NCBI GenBank assembly: GCA_038845265.1 | Contig: JAWBQR010000001.1 | Location: 1-64,000 of the forward strand | DNA length: 64,000 bases | Source of the DNA: Nitrososphaerota archaeon | Lineage (GTDB): Archaea; Thermoproteota; Nitrososphaeria_A; Caldarchaeales; Calditenuaceae | Direction of reading: 5' to 3' | Shown here: in pieces, positions 49,240 to 61,923 of the stretch | Layout of the letters: the number at the start of each line of letters is the position of its first letter | Position numbering within the stretch: position 1 is the first letter of the stretch | Notes under the pieces: model-generated | What the model saw: only the letters and a program-made list of their open reading frames with translations | Databases searched by the model: none | Told to the model about the DNA's origin: nothing | Translations under genes and position numbers: made by a program

Positions 49240-50208
49240 CTATATCACAACTTCTCTGGGAGGTCTGAGAGCCTCACTAACAAATGATGCGGGGAGCTCG
49301 TCTATTTTGCCATTAAGGGCATGATGATATAGAGTCTCACACATGTCTATTAGGCTCAGAAAATTTAGGTATTCTCTTAAAACAGATTCATCATCTTTAT
49401 CTTCCAAGCGAGAAGACGCAATCTTATATGCTAGGATTGCCGAATTCATTAAGTAATCACCTATCCATGGGGGGACAGCATGTCCAGCCGATAGGCCGAA
49501 TCTCATCACTGGACTTTTACTCAAAAATTTACTCGGTCCCCAAGGTATCTTGATTGTTGATATGAGGTTACTAAAAGTATTTTTAGGTGATGTTAAGATT
49601 CCGGTTACAAATCTTCCTAAATTGAGATATAAATTAATTCCAGAATAATCTATTATTAATGAATCTGATATTTCTGAATTCTTGACGCATCCTGTCGATA
49701 TTAATAAAGTGTAATCCCCAGAAGGAGGAGAATTCTTAATCAATAACCTACTAGATATTTCCTCTATGCCGAAGGGAAACTTAACAATAACATGCACATT
49801 ATCAACGGTTTGCTTTATAATCTGAGCATCCGACCATAGGTAAAACAATCCTTCCATATATTCAGCAAAAAATTCGCATAAATTCAAGACATCCAAAATA
49901 GCGATTCTGAAATGTAGATACGAGTGTATAGAGCTTTTTCCAAAATTAAAATACATAGTTAGTTTATCTATTGTCCTCCTAATTATTAAGGGATTGTTTA
50001 AATTCAATCCTAGGGAGTGAACTAATTTTAACGAGACTGGAATATACAACTGATTTCCACCGAGCCCTATAGCATTATCTACAATAGCTACTCGGTAACC
50101 CTTTTTTGACAACAAATTTGCTGTTATAAGAGAACACACGTCGGCACCGATAATTATTACATCAACTTCTTTTTTCATTTCTTTCCTGTCCTTCCTTCTC
50201 ACGCTCAA
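49240..50208 (-). CDS. Divergent FAD-oxidoreductase-like protein (geranylgeranyl reductase-like); probable start 50178
   Basis: DVIIIGA Rossmann start with degenerate glycine motif; GLSAGH in place of GDAAG. Confidence 0.5.
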   Translation of the reverse strand: MSVRRKDRKEMKKEVDVIIIGADVCSLITANLLSKKGYRVAIVDNAIGLGGNQLYIPVSLKLVHSLGLNLNNPLIIRRTIDKLTMYFNFGKSSIHSYLHFRIAILDVLNLCEFFAEYMEGLFYLWSDAQIIKQTVDNVHVIVKFPFGIEEISSRLLIKNSPPSGDYTLLISTGCVKNSEISDSLIIDYSGINLYLNLGRFVTGILTSPKNTFSNLISTIKIPWGPSKFLSKSPVMRFGLSAGHAVPPWIGDYLMNSAILAYKIASSRLEDKDDESVLREYLNFLSLIDMCETLYHHALNGKIDELPASFVSEALRPPREVVI

Positions 50209-50551
50209 TAATTTCTTTAGGCAGTTTTTCTCTCCATTTTTCTAAAAACATTGCCTCACGTTTTTTATCTCTTAGACCATCCGGCAACATTATAGGTATA
50301 TCATCTATGATTGGATACCACCTTTCACATTTATCACAAAAAAGAAGCCCGTCGCTAATCTCATATGTATAGCAATCATTACATTTTGTTACTGTCAGAT
50401 TATTAATGTAATCTCCATGATAGGAGCAGTAAATTTCGCATTTTATTGTGCCTTTCACTAAGTATCTTTTATCGACATGGAATATTTTTAAAGATAATGG
50501 AAAATTCCTACACATGGGACAAGCTAGGATATCCATCAATCGATACTTCAA
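50162..50551 (-). CDS. Trm112 family protein
   Basis: KYRLMDILACPMC...GLLFCDKCERWYPIIDDIPIMLPD; start moved to TTG 50551. Confidence 0.88.
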   Translation of the reverse strand: MKYRLMDILACPMCRNFPLSLKIFHVDKRYLVKGTIKCEIYCSYHGDYINNLTVTKCNDCYTYEISDGLLFCDKCERWYPIIDDIPIMLPDGLRDKKREAMFLEKWREKLPKEIIEREKEGQERNEKRS

Positions 50552-50633
50552 GCCTGTATCAAATCTTGGTGATATCCTGCTTATTAATCTGTTCGGAAAG
50601 AAAACCTTAACAAATGGCAAAAATCTATATGAA

Positions 50634-51476
50634 GTGTTGCATGGAAATGCCATAAGAGCGTTAGGTGTCTTGACTGTAGCAATCTGGACATTTGTTCTTT
50701 TAATGTCCTTCATAAATGTCCAGCTACCTCATTCTCCTCCTCTCGTAATTATAGAAGAGCCAACGATAGATGCAGCAACTTCTCCATCTCCATATATTAA
50801 CACTCTTGTAGTCTTAATAATAATAGCTGTAGGCGGAGCCATCTTTGTTTCAATCTTAATATATGCGCCTAGGATTGCGTCATATATCTCAATGATAATT
50901 TTTGGATTAGTAACTTTTCTGTCACTAACACTATACACATTACTCCTGTCATATAGAGTAGGAATGCAAATGGAGTCCAGCTTTATTACTCTATGCCTAG
51001 GCCTAGCTGTTCTTTTGACTTGGCTCATCAGAAGGGGAAGAGGAGTATTGCCAATCATTTCTGCATCTATTACTGCCGCCGCCGGAGGTGTCCTAATGGG
51101 CATGATGCTGCCTCCAGTAACGGCGATTTTGCTCCTCTCGGCAATGTCAATATTTGATTTATTAATGGTAAAGAAAGGATACCTATCTGTCCTAAATAAA
51201 GAAGGTTTAAGAGAAAAAATTATGTTGATTAAGGGAATGATAGTTAATTATGATAATTTAACGATAGGTCTTGGTGACTTAGTATTTTATTCGATTCTTG
51301 TGTCAAACATGTATTTTCAATATGGATTCTGGCCAGCAGTATTATCAAATTTAGGGATATTGATCGGCTTCAATCTAACCCTCCTGTATTTAAAGCGCTC
51401 AGGAACAGCACCTGGACTCACAATACCGATTATCCTAGGCCTATTACTAGCATTAGCATCTCAATTTCTCTTATAA
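50634..51476 (+). CDS. Presenilin/SPP-like intramembrane aspartic protease (A22)
   Basis: Multiple TM segments; FD, GLGD and PGL (PAL-like) motifs; start approximate. Confidence 0.8.
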   Translation: MLHGNAIRALGVLTVAIWTFVLLMSFINVQLPHSPPLVIIEEPTIDAATSPSPYINTLVVLIIIAVGGAIFVSILIYAPRIASYISMIIFGLVTFLSLTLYTLLLSYRVGMQMESSFITLCLGLAVLLTWLIRRGRGVLPIISASITAAAGGVLMGMMLPPVTAILLLSAMSIFDLLMVKKGYLSVLNKEGLREKIMLIKGMIVNYDNLTIGLGDLVFYSILVSNMYFQYGFWPAVLSNLGILIGFNLTLLYLKRSGTAPGLTIPIILGLLLALASQFLL

Positions 51477-51477
51477 T

Positions 51478-52731
51478 TCAAAGAGAGATTTTAAGCATTG
51501 AGGCTACCTTATTTACAAATTCATCGAATTCATTAGGCGACTTGAGTTCACTTATTGATTTTCTAACGATGAATGAAGCACCTGCCAACGAGTAAATTAC
51601 ATCTATTTTTGACTGAAGGAAAATTGCCGAAAATAGTGCCACAGCGCCGAAGTAGTACTCGCAGGGAATTGGCGGCTCGATCCAATTCGTCTTTAATCTT
51701 TCACCATCTGTTATATAATCTGGTCCCCCACATTCATACATGGGATATCCAATACTACTAGATAGTTTTTTAAGTAAATTAGCATATTCGAGGTTAACTT
51801 GATTTTCTTTTTCACCTATGTAATATACATAAACCGATAATTTTTCTTTAGAGAGTTTTTCTCTGTTATTCGTTATTAGTACTTTGTTTGCAATTAATTC
51901 ATACTGGGAATCTTCGGTGCCTTGTTCAACCACAGATATGTTTAGCTTAGTCGCTATGTCTTTTATTGCTTTTCTGAATATCTGGCTGCCGCCTACAAGG
52001 CTTACTTCATTTATTGAAGGGCTAAGTTTTAAAACCTCTGTCATATCCCCAGGTCCTGCAAGATATTCGCTCTCCACCGGAGCTCCTATTGGACGAATTA
52101 TGATCTCACCGATCTCTTCAGGTCGACGAATATCGATAAATGGTTTTCTAGAATGGAGGGTAATGGTGAATGAGGGCCTCACAAATAATGTGCCTGCACC
52201 ACTGTCAGGATCAATTCCGGATGGGACATCAATGGAATAAACAATCGCACCCGATTTGTTTATCCACTCGATCACCGATCTATAGGGCTCTCTAATGTCG
52301 CCCCTAATTCCTGTTCCAAAAATGCCATCAACAATTATATCAGATCGCGATAACCTACTAGACAATTTTTGTAAATCCTTAGCTTCTCTTATGATAACGA
52401 ATTCAATAGAAATTTTCATATTTTTTATTATCTGCCAATTTGTCCTAGCTTCAAGTGTCTTAATTTTATCTTCGTCACCAATCAATGCCACTATAATTTT
52501 TCTTGCCCGCGGTGCAAGGTGCCTAGCTGCTACGAATGCGTCGCCTCCGTTATTTCCGGGCCCTGCAAATACGATAACGGACTTGGAACTTAAGTCCCCT
52601 TCATTCTGAATTATGAATCTAGCGACTTCTGCACCGGCATTTTCCATCAACAATTTCCTGTCAACTCCTAAGTAAGAAGAATTTTCATCTATGATCGATA
52701 TCTCTGAAGATTTAAGCGTCTTAATCATCAT
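51478..52731 (-). CDS. nnrE: NAD(P)H-hydrate epimerase with degenerate C-terminal domain
   Basis: LMENAG, GPGNNGGD, DGIFGTG and DVPSG. Confidence 0.88.
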   Translation of the reverse strand: MMIKTLKSSEISIIDENSSYLGVDRKLLMENAGAEVARFIIQNEGDLSSKSVIVFAGPGNNGGDAFVAARHLAPRARKIIVALIGDEDKIKTLEARTNWQIIKNMKISIEFVIIREAKDLQKLSSRLSRSDIIVDGIFGTGIRGDIREPYRSVIEWINKSGAIVYSIDVPSGIDPDSGAGTLFVRPSFTITLHSRKPFIDIRRPEEIGEIIIRPIGAPVESEYLAGPGDMTEVLKLSPSINEVSLVGGSQIFRKAIKDIATKLNISVVEQGTEDSQYELIANKVLITNNREKLSKEKLSVYVYYIGEKENQVNLEYANLLKKLSSSIGYPMYECGGPDYITDGERLKTNWIEPPIPCEYYFGAVALFSAIFLQSKIDVIYSLAGASFIVRKSISELKSPNEFDEFVNKVASMLKISL

Positions 52732-52761
52732 TACTATTAAGTAAGAAGATCTTAATGAAAT

Positions 52762-53421
52762 CTACTTTAATCCTTTCCTATTCCTGTTTAATGACAAGAC
52801 TGGGCCTAGGTTGGTTAGCACACCCTTAATTCCTGATTCCTGATAAATTTTTAGGACATATTCCCAATCGACCCTAAGCATGACTACCGTAATGATAATT
52901 AGTGTGATTATTGCAGGAATAGTGCCGATTAATGACTCTCCAGTAAAGTGGCTGAATAACCAGAAGTATGCCCTCCCAAGGTAGGCGGTAAGTATTCCCA
53001 AAACAATCTTTCCAGCCACGCTAGCGATTAGGAACTTCCAAAAATCGAGGCGAGCCATGCCCATGGGAATATAATAAATATCGTCAGGAAGGGGAGTGAC
53101 AGCAAAAATAAATACCCCGATATATCCATATCTGCCTATCAGCTTTTTCATTGCTTCCATCTGCTTCTTCGTACTATTGCTTAACAATCTGTAACTTGTC
53201 CTACCAACTAGATAAGAAGTGATCTTACCAATCGCCCCTCCTATTCCAGCGAATACTCCGAGCAGCAAAGGATTAAGAGTTCTACTTAGTATGACGACAA
53301 TAAACAGGTAGGGGAATGGGATGAAAGGGATTAAGCTTCCGATTATCGATATCAAGAAGATTCCTAAATAACCATAATTTAATGCTAGGTCATAAATCAG
53401 CTTACTAATCTCATGGATCAT
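52762..53421 (-). CDS. DedA/VTT domain membrane protein
   Basis: G..IG..TSYLVGR, FAVTPLPDD and GK motifs. Confidence 0.87.
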   Translation of the reverse strand: MIHEISKLIYDLALNYGYLGIFLISIIGSLIPFIPFPYLFIVVILSRTLNPLLLGVFAGIGGAIGKITSYLVGRTSYRLLSNSTKKQMEAMKKLIGRYGYIGVFIFAVTPLPDDIYYIPMGMARLDFWKFLIASVAGKIVLGILTAYLGRAYFWLFSHFTGESLIGTIPAIITLIIITVVMLRVDWEYVLKIYQESGIKGVLTNLGPVLSLNRNRKGLK

Positions 53422-53452
53422 TTATCTATATAACCTCGTTAAACTAGTTAAT

Positions 53453-54826
53453 CTACTTTGCCTCCTCTTTCAATATATCATTAAGTACCTGCCTAATTAA
53501 TGATTCTGCCAGATCTAAGTATCTCTTAAGAGTAAGACTATCCTTAGCTTCCGCTGAATATTTGATCTGAGGCATGGTATTTGAAGGACGAATAAGTAGC
53601 CAGCCATCACTCAGATATGCCTTGATTCCGTCAATATTAATAATTCTTTCAGCCATTTTCTTCATGGTTTGTGATACCCCCTCCATAACTTTTGCTTTAA
53701 AACTTTCAGGGACATCAATAGTAAGAATAGGTGATGAATAGTATCGAGGAATACTATCAAGTATTTTTGAAAGAGGTTCCTCAGACCTTGATAATAGTTC
53801 GGCAAATTTAGCAACTGCATACAATCCATCATCGAAGCCGTAAAGCTCTGAGAAATAAATATGATTGCTTTTCTCCGCGCCTATAACTGCATTTACCTCA
53901 CGAACTCTCTTTAACATATAAGCCCTACCGACCCTCGAAATTACAGGTTCACACCCCCTTTCAAGTATTATTTTTTCAACCAATGAGCTACTGCCTATAT
54001 CGAATACCACCCTACCTTTTATTTCAGATTTCAGCACTAAAATAGCCAGGGCTATGTCTCCATCAAGAATTCTTCCCCTATCATCTAAGATGACGGCTCT
54101 ATCACCATCGCCGTCTATTCCAGCACCGAGTTCAAAATTATTCTCCGATACGAGCCTTGAGAGATCTTTTAAGGTCTCTACATTAGGTTCTGGCACGTGT
54201 CCTGGAAAAGTTCCGTCAGGATTGTCATTAATACTAATAACTTCACACCCTATTTCTTTTAGCAGAGTCTTTCCAACTATGCATGAAGCACCATTAGAAA
54301 AATCAACGGCGACCCTAACTCTCCTCTTAAGACTTACTAAACGTTTTATTTTATCTATGTACGGGGATATAATATCAATCTTTTTGATATAATCTATAGA
54401 GTTGGATTGTTTTTTAACTTTTATGCGCATTACCAATTCCTTAAGCTTCTCCATTCCCGAGCCAAAGGATATTGTCTCCCCATCGGCTAAAACTAGTTTG
54501 AAGCCGTTCCATTCAGGCGGGTTATGACTGGCGGTGACCTGAATGCCTCCGTCAAATCGGTTTTCCACTACTCCAAGGTATAGAACCGGGGTTGGAACGA
54601 TGCCTGAGTCGTAAACCTCGGCGCCAGCGTCAATTAATCCTTTAGCTATGCTCTTAGCTAAGGCCGGGCTGCTAAGTCTTACATCTCTACCTAACAGTAT
54701 TCGTCCTCCGCCTGTTAACTGGGAGTATGCATGTCCTATTCTATACGCTATCTCTTCGTTTAGCTCTTCTGGATAAATACCTCTAATATCGTATGCCTTA
54801 AATATGGAGTCTGGAATGTCGACCAT
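53453..54826 (-). CDS. Phosphomannomutase/phosphoglucomutase
   Basis: FKAYDIRG, TASHNP, DGDGDR and RPSNT. Confidence 0.94.
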   Translation of the reverse strand: MVDIPDSIFKAYDIRGIYPEELNEEIAYRIGHAYSQLTGGGRILLGRDVRLSSPALAKSIAKGLIDAGAEVYDSGIVPTPVLYLGVVENRFDGGIQVTASHNPPEWNGFKLVLADGETISFGSGMEKLKELVMRIKVKKQSNSIDYIKKIDIISPYIDKIKRLVSLKRRVRVAVDFSNGASCIVGKTLLKEIGCEVISINDNPDGTFPGHVPEPNVETLKDLSRLVSENNFELGAGIDGDGDRAVILDDRGRILDGDIALAILVLKSEIKGRVVFDIGSSSLVEKIILERGCEPVISRVGRAYMLKRVREVNAVIGAEKSNHIYFSELYGFDDGLYAVAKFAELLSRSEEPLSKILDSIPRYYSSPILTIDVPESFKAKVMEGVSQTMKKMAERIINIDGIKAYLSDGWLLIRPSNTMPQIKYSAEAKDSLTLKRYLDLAESLIRQVLNDILKEEAK

Positions 54827-54835
54827 TCTACATTG

Positions 54836-55507
54836 TTATTTTTCATGCTTTTCAATATATGTTACTCTTATTCCAGCTTTATTTGATGAATACTCCCTAT
54901 TCAAAAATATCAATAGGGGTGTTATCCTCTCCGTTATTCGTGAATTCTCGAGTCCTCCGCCATATAATCCTCTTATATTCGGTATATGTTCAATGACATC
55001 AATGACGGAGTATGCATATTCTCTCTCACCACATACAATCACGTCACATTCTACCGGTGAATACAAATCCAATAATGCCATAGCTGGGAGATAGTTTAAT
55101 GCGGATACAACTCTTGCATCCTTGCCAAGTAATTTATTTAAGGTTTCTGCTGCTGAGCCAGCGGCAGGTTCTATAAATTTCCATCCGCCACCTAGGTCAG
55201 CTTCAAGAGGCACTATCGTTGATACAACGATGGCTTCCTTATTTATTTTGTCTCTGAGAGATTTAGCGGTAGTGTAGAGTCCACTAAAAGGAACAGTGAA
55301 GAATATCATATCTGATTTTTTGCAGATCTCTTCGTTTAATCCCCCTGAAATCTTAAGCGGGCCAACCATCTTTAACGCCTCACCTACTGCTGCTCTTGCT
55401 TTCTCTTCACTTCTAGAACCTATCGCAACTTCATATCCAGCCATTGCTAACCGTAATGCGATAGAAAATCCAAGTCCTGCCGTCCCTCCAACTATCCCTA
55501 TAATCAT
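54836..55507 (-). CDS. npdG: NADPH-dependent F420 reductase
   Basis: GGTAGLG, IGSRS, GSAAE and E.ITPLLI.LN. Confidence 0.88.
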   Translation of the reverse strand: MIIGIVGGTAGLGFSIALRLAMAGYEVAIGSRSEEKARAAVGEALKMVGPLKISGGLNEEICKKSDMIFFTVPFSGLYTTAKSLRDKINKEAIVVSTIVPLEADLGGGWKFIEPAAGSAAETLNKLLGKDARVVSALNYLPAMALLDLYSPVECDVIVCGEREYAYSVIDVIEHIPNIRGLYGGGLENSRITERITPLLIFLNREYSSNKAGIRVTYIEKHEK

Positions 55508-55587
55508 TTCTCCACTTCCTTAAGTCTAACAATCATGAGAATGATATTAAGATTCCAGTATTTTAAAAATTAAATGACGATTAAATT

Positions 55588-57762
<2,175 letters not shown>

Positions 57763-57886
57763 TTAAATTCCACCTCTCTACATATCAAGATGCGCTAGGG
57801 CTATATATCCCTTAACTATCACATCATATAGAGAAAATTCAATGATAATAGAATAAGGTTTAACTATTGGCTATACAAAAAATTTA

Positions 57887-58324
57887 ATGCTAGATATGGG
57901 GGTTGGGAATCACGTTAACACAAATTCATCAAAGTTTGAGGGCCTTGGAAGACACTTAGTGGCAGATTTTTATGGCTGCCCCCAAGATAAATTATCAAAC
58001 AATTCTTATTTAATTAAAATATTAAAAGAAGCTGCAAAGGCAGCTAGAGTAGAAGTCGTAGGCGAATACAGCAAAAAATTTGATGGACCAGGAGGAGTAA
58101 GCGCCATACTCATAATAAAGGAGAGCCACTTATCAATACATACATGGCCAGAACATGGCTACGCTGCAATTGACATATATACATGTGGTAAATCTATCGA
58201 TCCATGGATAGCTTTAGAACTAATTAAGGAAGAATTGCAGCCAGAAACAGCGACAATAATGGAAGTCAAGAGAGGACTAATGATAAATCAAAAAGCTTAT
58301 TTGAAAGAACAGATACCTCAGTAG
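57887..58324 (+). CDS. speD: S-adenosylmethionine decarboxylase proenzyme
   Basis: GRHLVAD, KESHLSIHTWPE and YTCG; adjacent to speE. Confidence 0.9.
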   Translation: MLDMGVGNHVNTNSSKFEGLGRHLVADFYGCPQDKLSNNSYLIKILKEAAKAARVEVVGEYSKKFDGPGGVSAILIIKESHLSIHTWPEHGYAAIDIYTCGKSIDPWIALELIKEELQPETATIMEVKRGLMINQKAYLKEQIPQ

Positions 58325-58327
58325 CAG

Positions 58328-59257
58328 ATGACGAAAAATAATAACACAGATGAAGCTATGGGACTATGGCAGTCCGAATGGATAAGCAAAGACATACTCG
58401 AGTTCTATAGAGTTTCTAAGATAATATACTTAGGAAAAACAAAATATCAAAAAATAACTGTCATTGAAACCCTCCCGTATGGCAAATGTCTGTTGTTGGA
58501 TGATAAGATGCAATCGTCTTTAAAAGACGAGTATATCTATCATGAAACACTTGTACATCCGGCGCTTAGCATGCATGGTAACCCAAAGCGAGTCGTGGTG
58601 GTTGGAGGAGGAGAATGTGCGACGATCAGAGAAGTAGCAAAATGGAGTTCCGTTGATGAAATAATAATGGTCGAGCTGGACAAAGAAGTTATAGAAATTA
58701 CTTCAAAATATTTAGGCGAGTTAGGACATGGAGTATTGGATGATCCTAGGCTGCGCCTGGTCATCGAAGAAGGAAGAAAATGGTTATCAGAACAGCCGAA
58801 TAAATCAATTGATGTATTGATTATTGATGTTACGGACCCACTTGAGGGGGGCCCATCTTATCTCTTATTTACCCGAGAATTCTATCAATTAGCCTCACAA
58901 AAATTAAAAGACGATGGGGTTTTAGCCACCCAGGCAACATCTCCAGTTCATAATGAATTCGTATATGACTCCATTAAGAAGACATTAGCATCTATTTTTA
59001 AATACGTAATCCCCTTACACGCATTCATTAAATCATATTCAAGTATATGGGGTTTCTTATTTGCATCAAATAAAAATATACTTGAAATAGCTCCAGATAC
59101 TATAAAGGAGCGACTTAGGGTTAATGGTGTCTCCGATCTAAAATTTTATGCAGCCGATATGCATTTTTCATTAAAATGCATAGCAGAGAAATATGAATGT
59201 CTCATAAGTTCGACTGGTAGAATAATAGAAGACAATTCACCTATCTTCGTAAAATAA
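58328..59257 (+). CDS. speE: Polyamine aminopropyltransferase
   Basis: TKYQ, DEYIYHETLVHP, VGGGE, VELD and IDVTDP. Confidence 0.94.
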   Translation: MTKNNNTDEAMGLWQSEWISKDILEFYRVSKIIYLGKTKYQKITVIETLPYGKCLLLDDKMQSSLKDEYIYHETLVHPALSMHGNPKRVVVVGGGECATIREVAKWSSVDEIIMVELDKEVIEITSKYLGELGHGVLDDPRLRLVIEEGRKWLSEQPNKSIDVLIIDVTDPLEGGPSYLLFTREFYQLASQKLKDDGVLATQATSPVHNEFVYDSIKKTLASIFKYVIPLHAFIKSYSSIWGFLFASNKNILEIAPDTIKERLRVNGVSDLKFYAADMHFSLKCIAEKYECLISSTGRIIEDNSPIFVK

Positions 59258-59261
59258 CGAA

Positions 59262-59669
59262 TCATAAATATTCTCTTAAAAATTTAGCTGTGGAGTCTGT
59301 TAGTTCATATTCATGGATTTTTGATATATCAACCCACTTTACTTCTAAAGCGTCTGATGATGCCCTAAGCTCTCCACCAATTACTTTTCCTTCAAAGTCA
59401 ATTACTACATAATGTTCCTTAACTTTTCCTTTATAGTCCTTTACAAATATATCAACTACGTCAAGCAATCTTGTTATCTCAATTTTTAATCCTGTTTCTT
59501 CTTCTATTTCCCTTATTGCTGCATCTCTTACTTTCTCGCCAAATCTCAGTCTTCCACCTGGTATCGACCATTTACCTTTTCCAGGATCACGTAAACGCTT
59601 GACCAGTAAAACTTTATCATCGCTTTTTATTAATACACCAACACCTATAATTATCTTTTTGGGCAGCAA
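59262..59669 (-). CDS. Nudix hydrolase
   Basis: Nudix box GGRLRFGEKVRDAAIREIEEETG. Confidence 0.93.
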   Translation of the reverse strand: MLPKKIIIGVGVLIKSDDKVLLVKRLRDPGKGKWSIPGGRLRFGEKVRDAAIREIEEETGLKIEITRLLDVVDIFVKDYKGKVKEHYVVIDFEGKVIGGELRASSDALEVKWVDISKIHEYELTDSTAKFLREYL

Positions 59670-59714
59670 GTCTATAATAAATAAAAAAGTCTTTTACTTA
59701 AATGGCTACTATTT

Positions 59715-60335
59715 TTACTGAGACTTAGAAACTGAGTCGGTCTCCATCGTTTTTATGCCTTCTGGAATCTCTGGGAATGTTGATTTCATGCGTTGAGCAG
59801 CAATTTCTGAAGCCTCTTGAAGTATTTTCTGTGCCTCACTATCTGAAACCGAGACATTTACTACTGCGCCAGACACCGTCCCAGCTTCAATTATTAATCC
59901 CTCAAGTATCTCATCGACATGCTTAAGGTTCTGAGCAACTTCAGGCACTATCCCAGATAGATCCGACTGAACTTGTTTAATAATTGTAGTTGCTGGACCT
60001 AGCACATGCATTACATCTCCAAACTCTTTAACCGTTTCAAGTCTAAGTATGACTTTTTCGAGTGATAGCTGACTCCTGACCACTATCCTTGACATCTTTC
60101 TCAGCTGTGCAATTTCGTTCGCATAGATGGTTGCTCGTCCCACATCACCCTCCTGCTGCGCCCTTACGCATTGCTCAAAAAGCTCTTTGCCCCGCCCTAT
60201 TAATCGCTGGCTGGTCCTGTTCAGCTTCTCAGACTGAATCTTAAGCGCAGTAATTATCTCTAAGTATCTACCATCGGAAGAAAATGCTGTTCCTCCTGTG
60301 CCCCCTTTGCTGAATGGATTTCTCAACTTTATCAC
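59715..60335 (-). CDS. cdvB: ESCRT-III/Snf7 protein (CdvB paralogue)
   Basis: RATIYANEIAQLRK, LE.V.LRLETV.EFGD and EA.KIL.EA. Confidence 0.87.
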   Translation of the reverse strand: MIKLRNPFSKGGTGGTAFSSDGRYLEIITALKIQSEKLNRTSQRLIGRGKELFEQCVRAQQEGDVGRATIYANEIAQLRKMSRIVVRSQLSLEKVILRLETVKEFGDVMHVLGPATTIIKQVQSDLSGIVPEVAQNLKHVDEILEGLIIEAGTVSGAVVNVSVSDSEAQKILQEASEIAAQRMKSTFPEIPEGIKTMETDSVSKSQ

Positions 60336-60521
60336 TTTCAGTTCCCAGTCCTGACGCCCACGTATTTAATTTTTATCGACTTGGACTTCCGAGAATTTCC
60401 CTATGAATACCATGGGCTTATGCCAAAACGATGAAATCTCTTATAGATCCCCTTAATAGAGATTTTTACATTTATAAATCGAGACTGAAAAATTCTCTAA
60501 AAGGGGAAGAGAGGGTTAGTA

Positions 60522-61133
60522 ATGGGAAAATTAGCAATAATTATGACAGATTTTAAAGAAATTGCAGGTAAAGAGAGAGGATTATACCCAATTAACAACA
60601 GACCAGTTATGGAATACGTCCTAGAGTCAATTCCTGATGAAGTCGAAGAGATCATGATATCTGTCAGAGGTGAAAAAGAAGCAGAAGCATATGGCTTCTT
60701 GGCTGATAAATTTTTAGCACGAATATATTTGGCAGGTAATAAGATGATCGGGACCCAACTTGCAAGCATCATGGAAGAATCTCAGGCGCAAGACACTTAC
60801 TTAGTATTGCCATGCGATGCCCCACTTTTAAAAATTGAATATAATAGTTTTTTATTTGATGTGTGTAGGAAATTTTCAGCAGCAATCCCAAGAACTTCGG
60901 ATGACAAAAGATACTACTTATTCTCATCCTATAGATCGGAAGAGTTTTTAAGTGCATATTATAAAGCATCAAGTCCAGAAATGGATGAAATTGTTTCGAA
61001 GATGCGGAATGTATTATTTATAAATGTAAATGCCCTAAAAATATTTGATGATAAACTTAACCTGTTGCTCAGAGTAACAAGTGTAGAAGAGGCAAAAAGG
61101 GCCGAACGAATAATTAGGTCAAAAGATCAATAA
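60522..61133 (+). CDS. MobA-like NTP transferase fold protein (divergent)
   Basis: VLPCDAP and C-terminal D.L..L.V.S.EE; the N-terminal LAGG motif is missing. Confidence 0.6.
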   Translation: MGKLAIIMTDFKEIAGKERGLYPINNRPVMEYVLESIPDEVEEIMISVRGEKEAEAYGFLADKFLARIYLAGNKMIGTQLASIMEESQAQDTYLVLPCDAPLLKIEYNSFLFDVCRKFSAAIPRTSDDKRYYLFSSYRSEEFLSAYYKASSPEMDEIVSKMRNVLFINVNALKIFDDKLNLLLRVTSVEEAKRAERIIRSKDQ

Positions 61134-61156
61134 TTTACATGTGATGGGACATTAAG

Positions 61157-61855
61157 ATGGGATTAGCTAATGATTGGGCCCATGTCATCACCAGCATCTC
61201 AAAACTAGAGAGAAAATATCGATTAATTAATAGAATAATCTCCCTAGGAATGGATACTAAAGTTCGGAAAAAGGGGGTATATCTTTCAGGTCATCCAGCT
61301 GGAAAAGTTCTGGACGCAGGAGCAGGTGACGGTTCATTATCAATCGAGATACTAAAGATATCAAATAGCAATTTGAACATGATTTTACTAGATCCATTAT
61401 TAAATATGTTAAAGATTGCTAAAGAAAAAATAAATGATTATCGGATAGATTATGTAGTGGGGTTGCTTGAAAAATCGCCTTTCCGTGACACTTCATTTAA
61501 TAAGGTATACATGGCTTTTTCTCTACGCGACATGTATAACCTAGACGAGGCTGTCAGAAATTTATTATTCCTCATGAAAAATAAAGCTACTTTGACAGTG
61601 ATAGATATCGGCAAACCTGAACATAAATCTCTACAGATAGTGTTCTCTCTATATTGGAGTATAGTTGCTCCCTTGCTCACTTTGTTCGGCGCACCCTCTG
61701 CATGGAGACTAATTTATATGATTTATCCTACATATAGACGGTTGTTAACAAATAATAAATTAGCTAATAAACTAAAAAGCTATTTCAAGATTCGAATAGT
61801 CAAACAATTATTTTATGGCGGCATAATAATCATTATTGCTGAGAAGACGGCTTAA
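61157..61855 (+). CDS. UbiE/MenG-like SAM-dependent methyltransferase
   Basis: NRIISLG.D, LDAGAGDG, PF and AFSLRD. Confidence 0.82.
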   Translation: MGLANDWAHVITSISKLERKYRLINRIISLGMDTKVRKKGVYLSGHPAGKVLDAGAGDGSLSIEILKISNSNLNMILLDPLLNMLKIAKEKINDYRIDYVVGLLEKSPFRDTSFNKVYMAFSLRDMYNLDEAVRNLLFLMKNKATLTVIDIGKPEHKSLQIVFSLYWSIVAPLLTLFGAPSAWRLIYMIYPTYRRLLTNNKLANKLKSYFKIRIVKQLFYGGIIIIIAEKTA

Positions 61856-61923
61856 TGATCATTTATACTAGGCATGTTTAATTATTTCCATAAATTCCTA
61901 ATTGTTTAGAACTGGGATTAACA

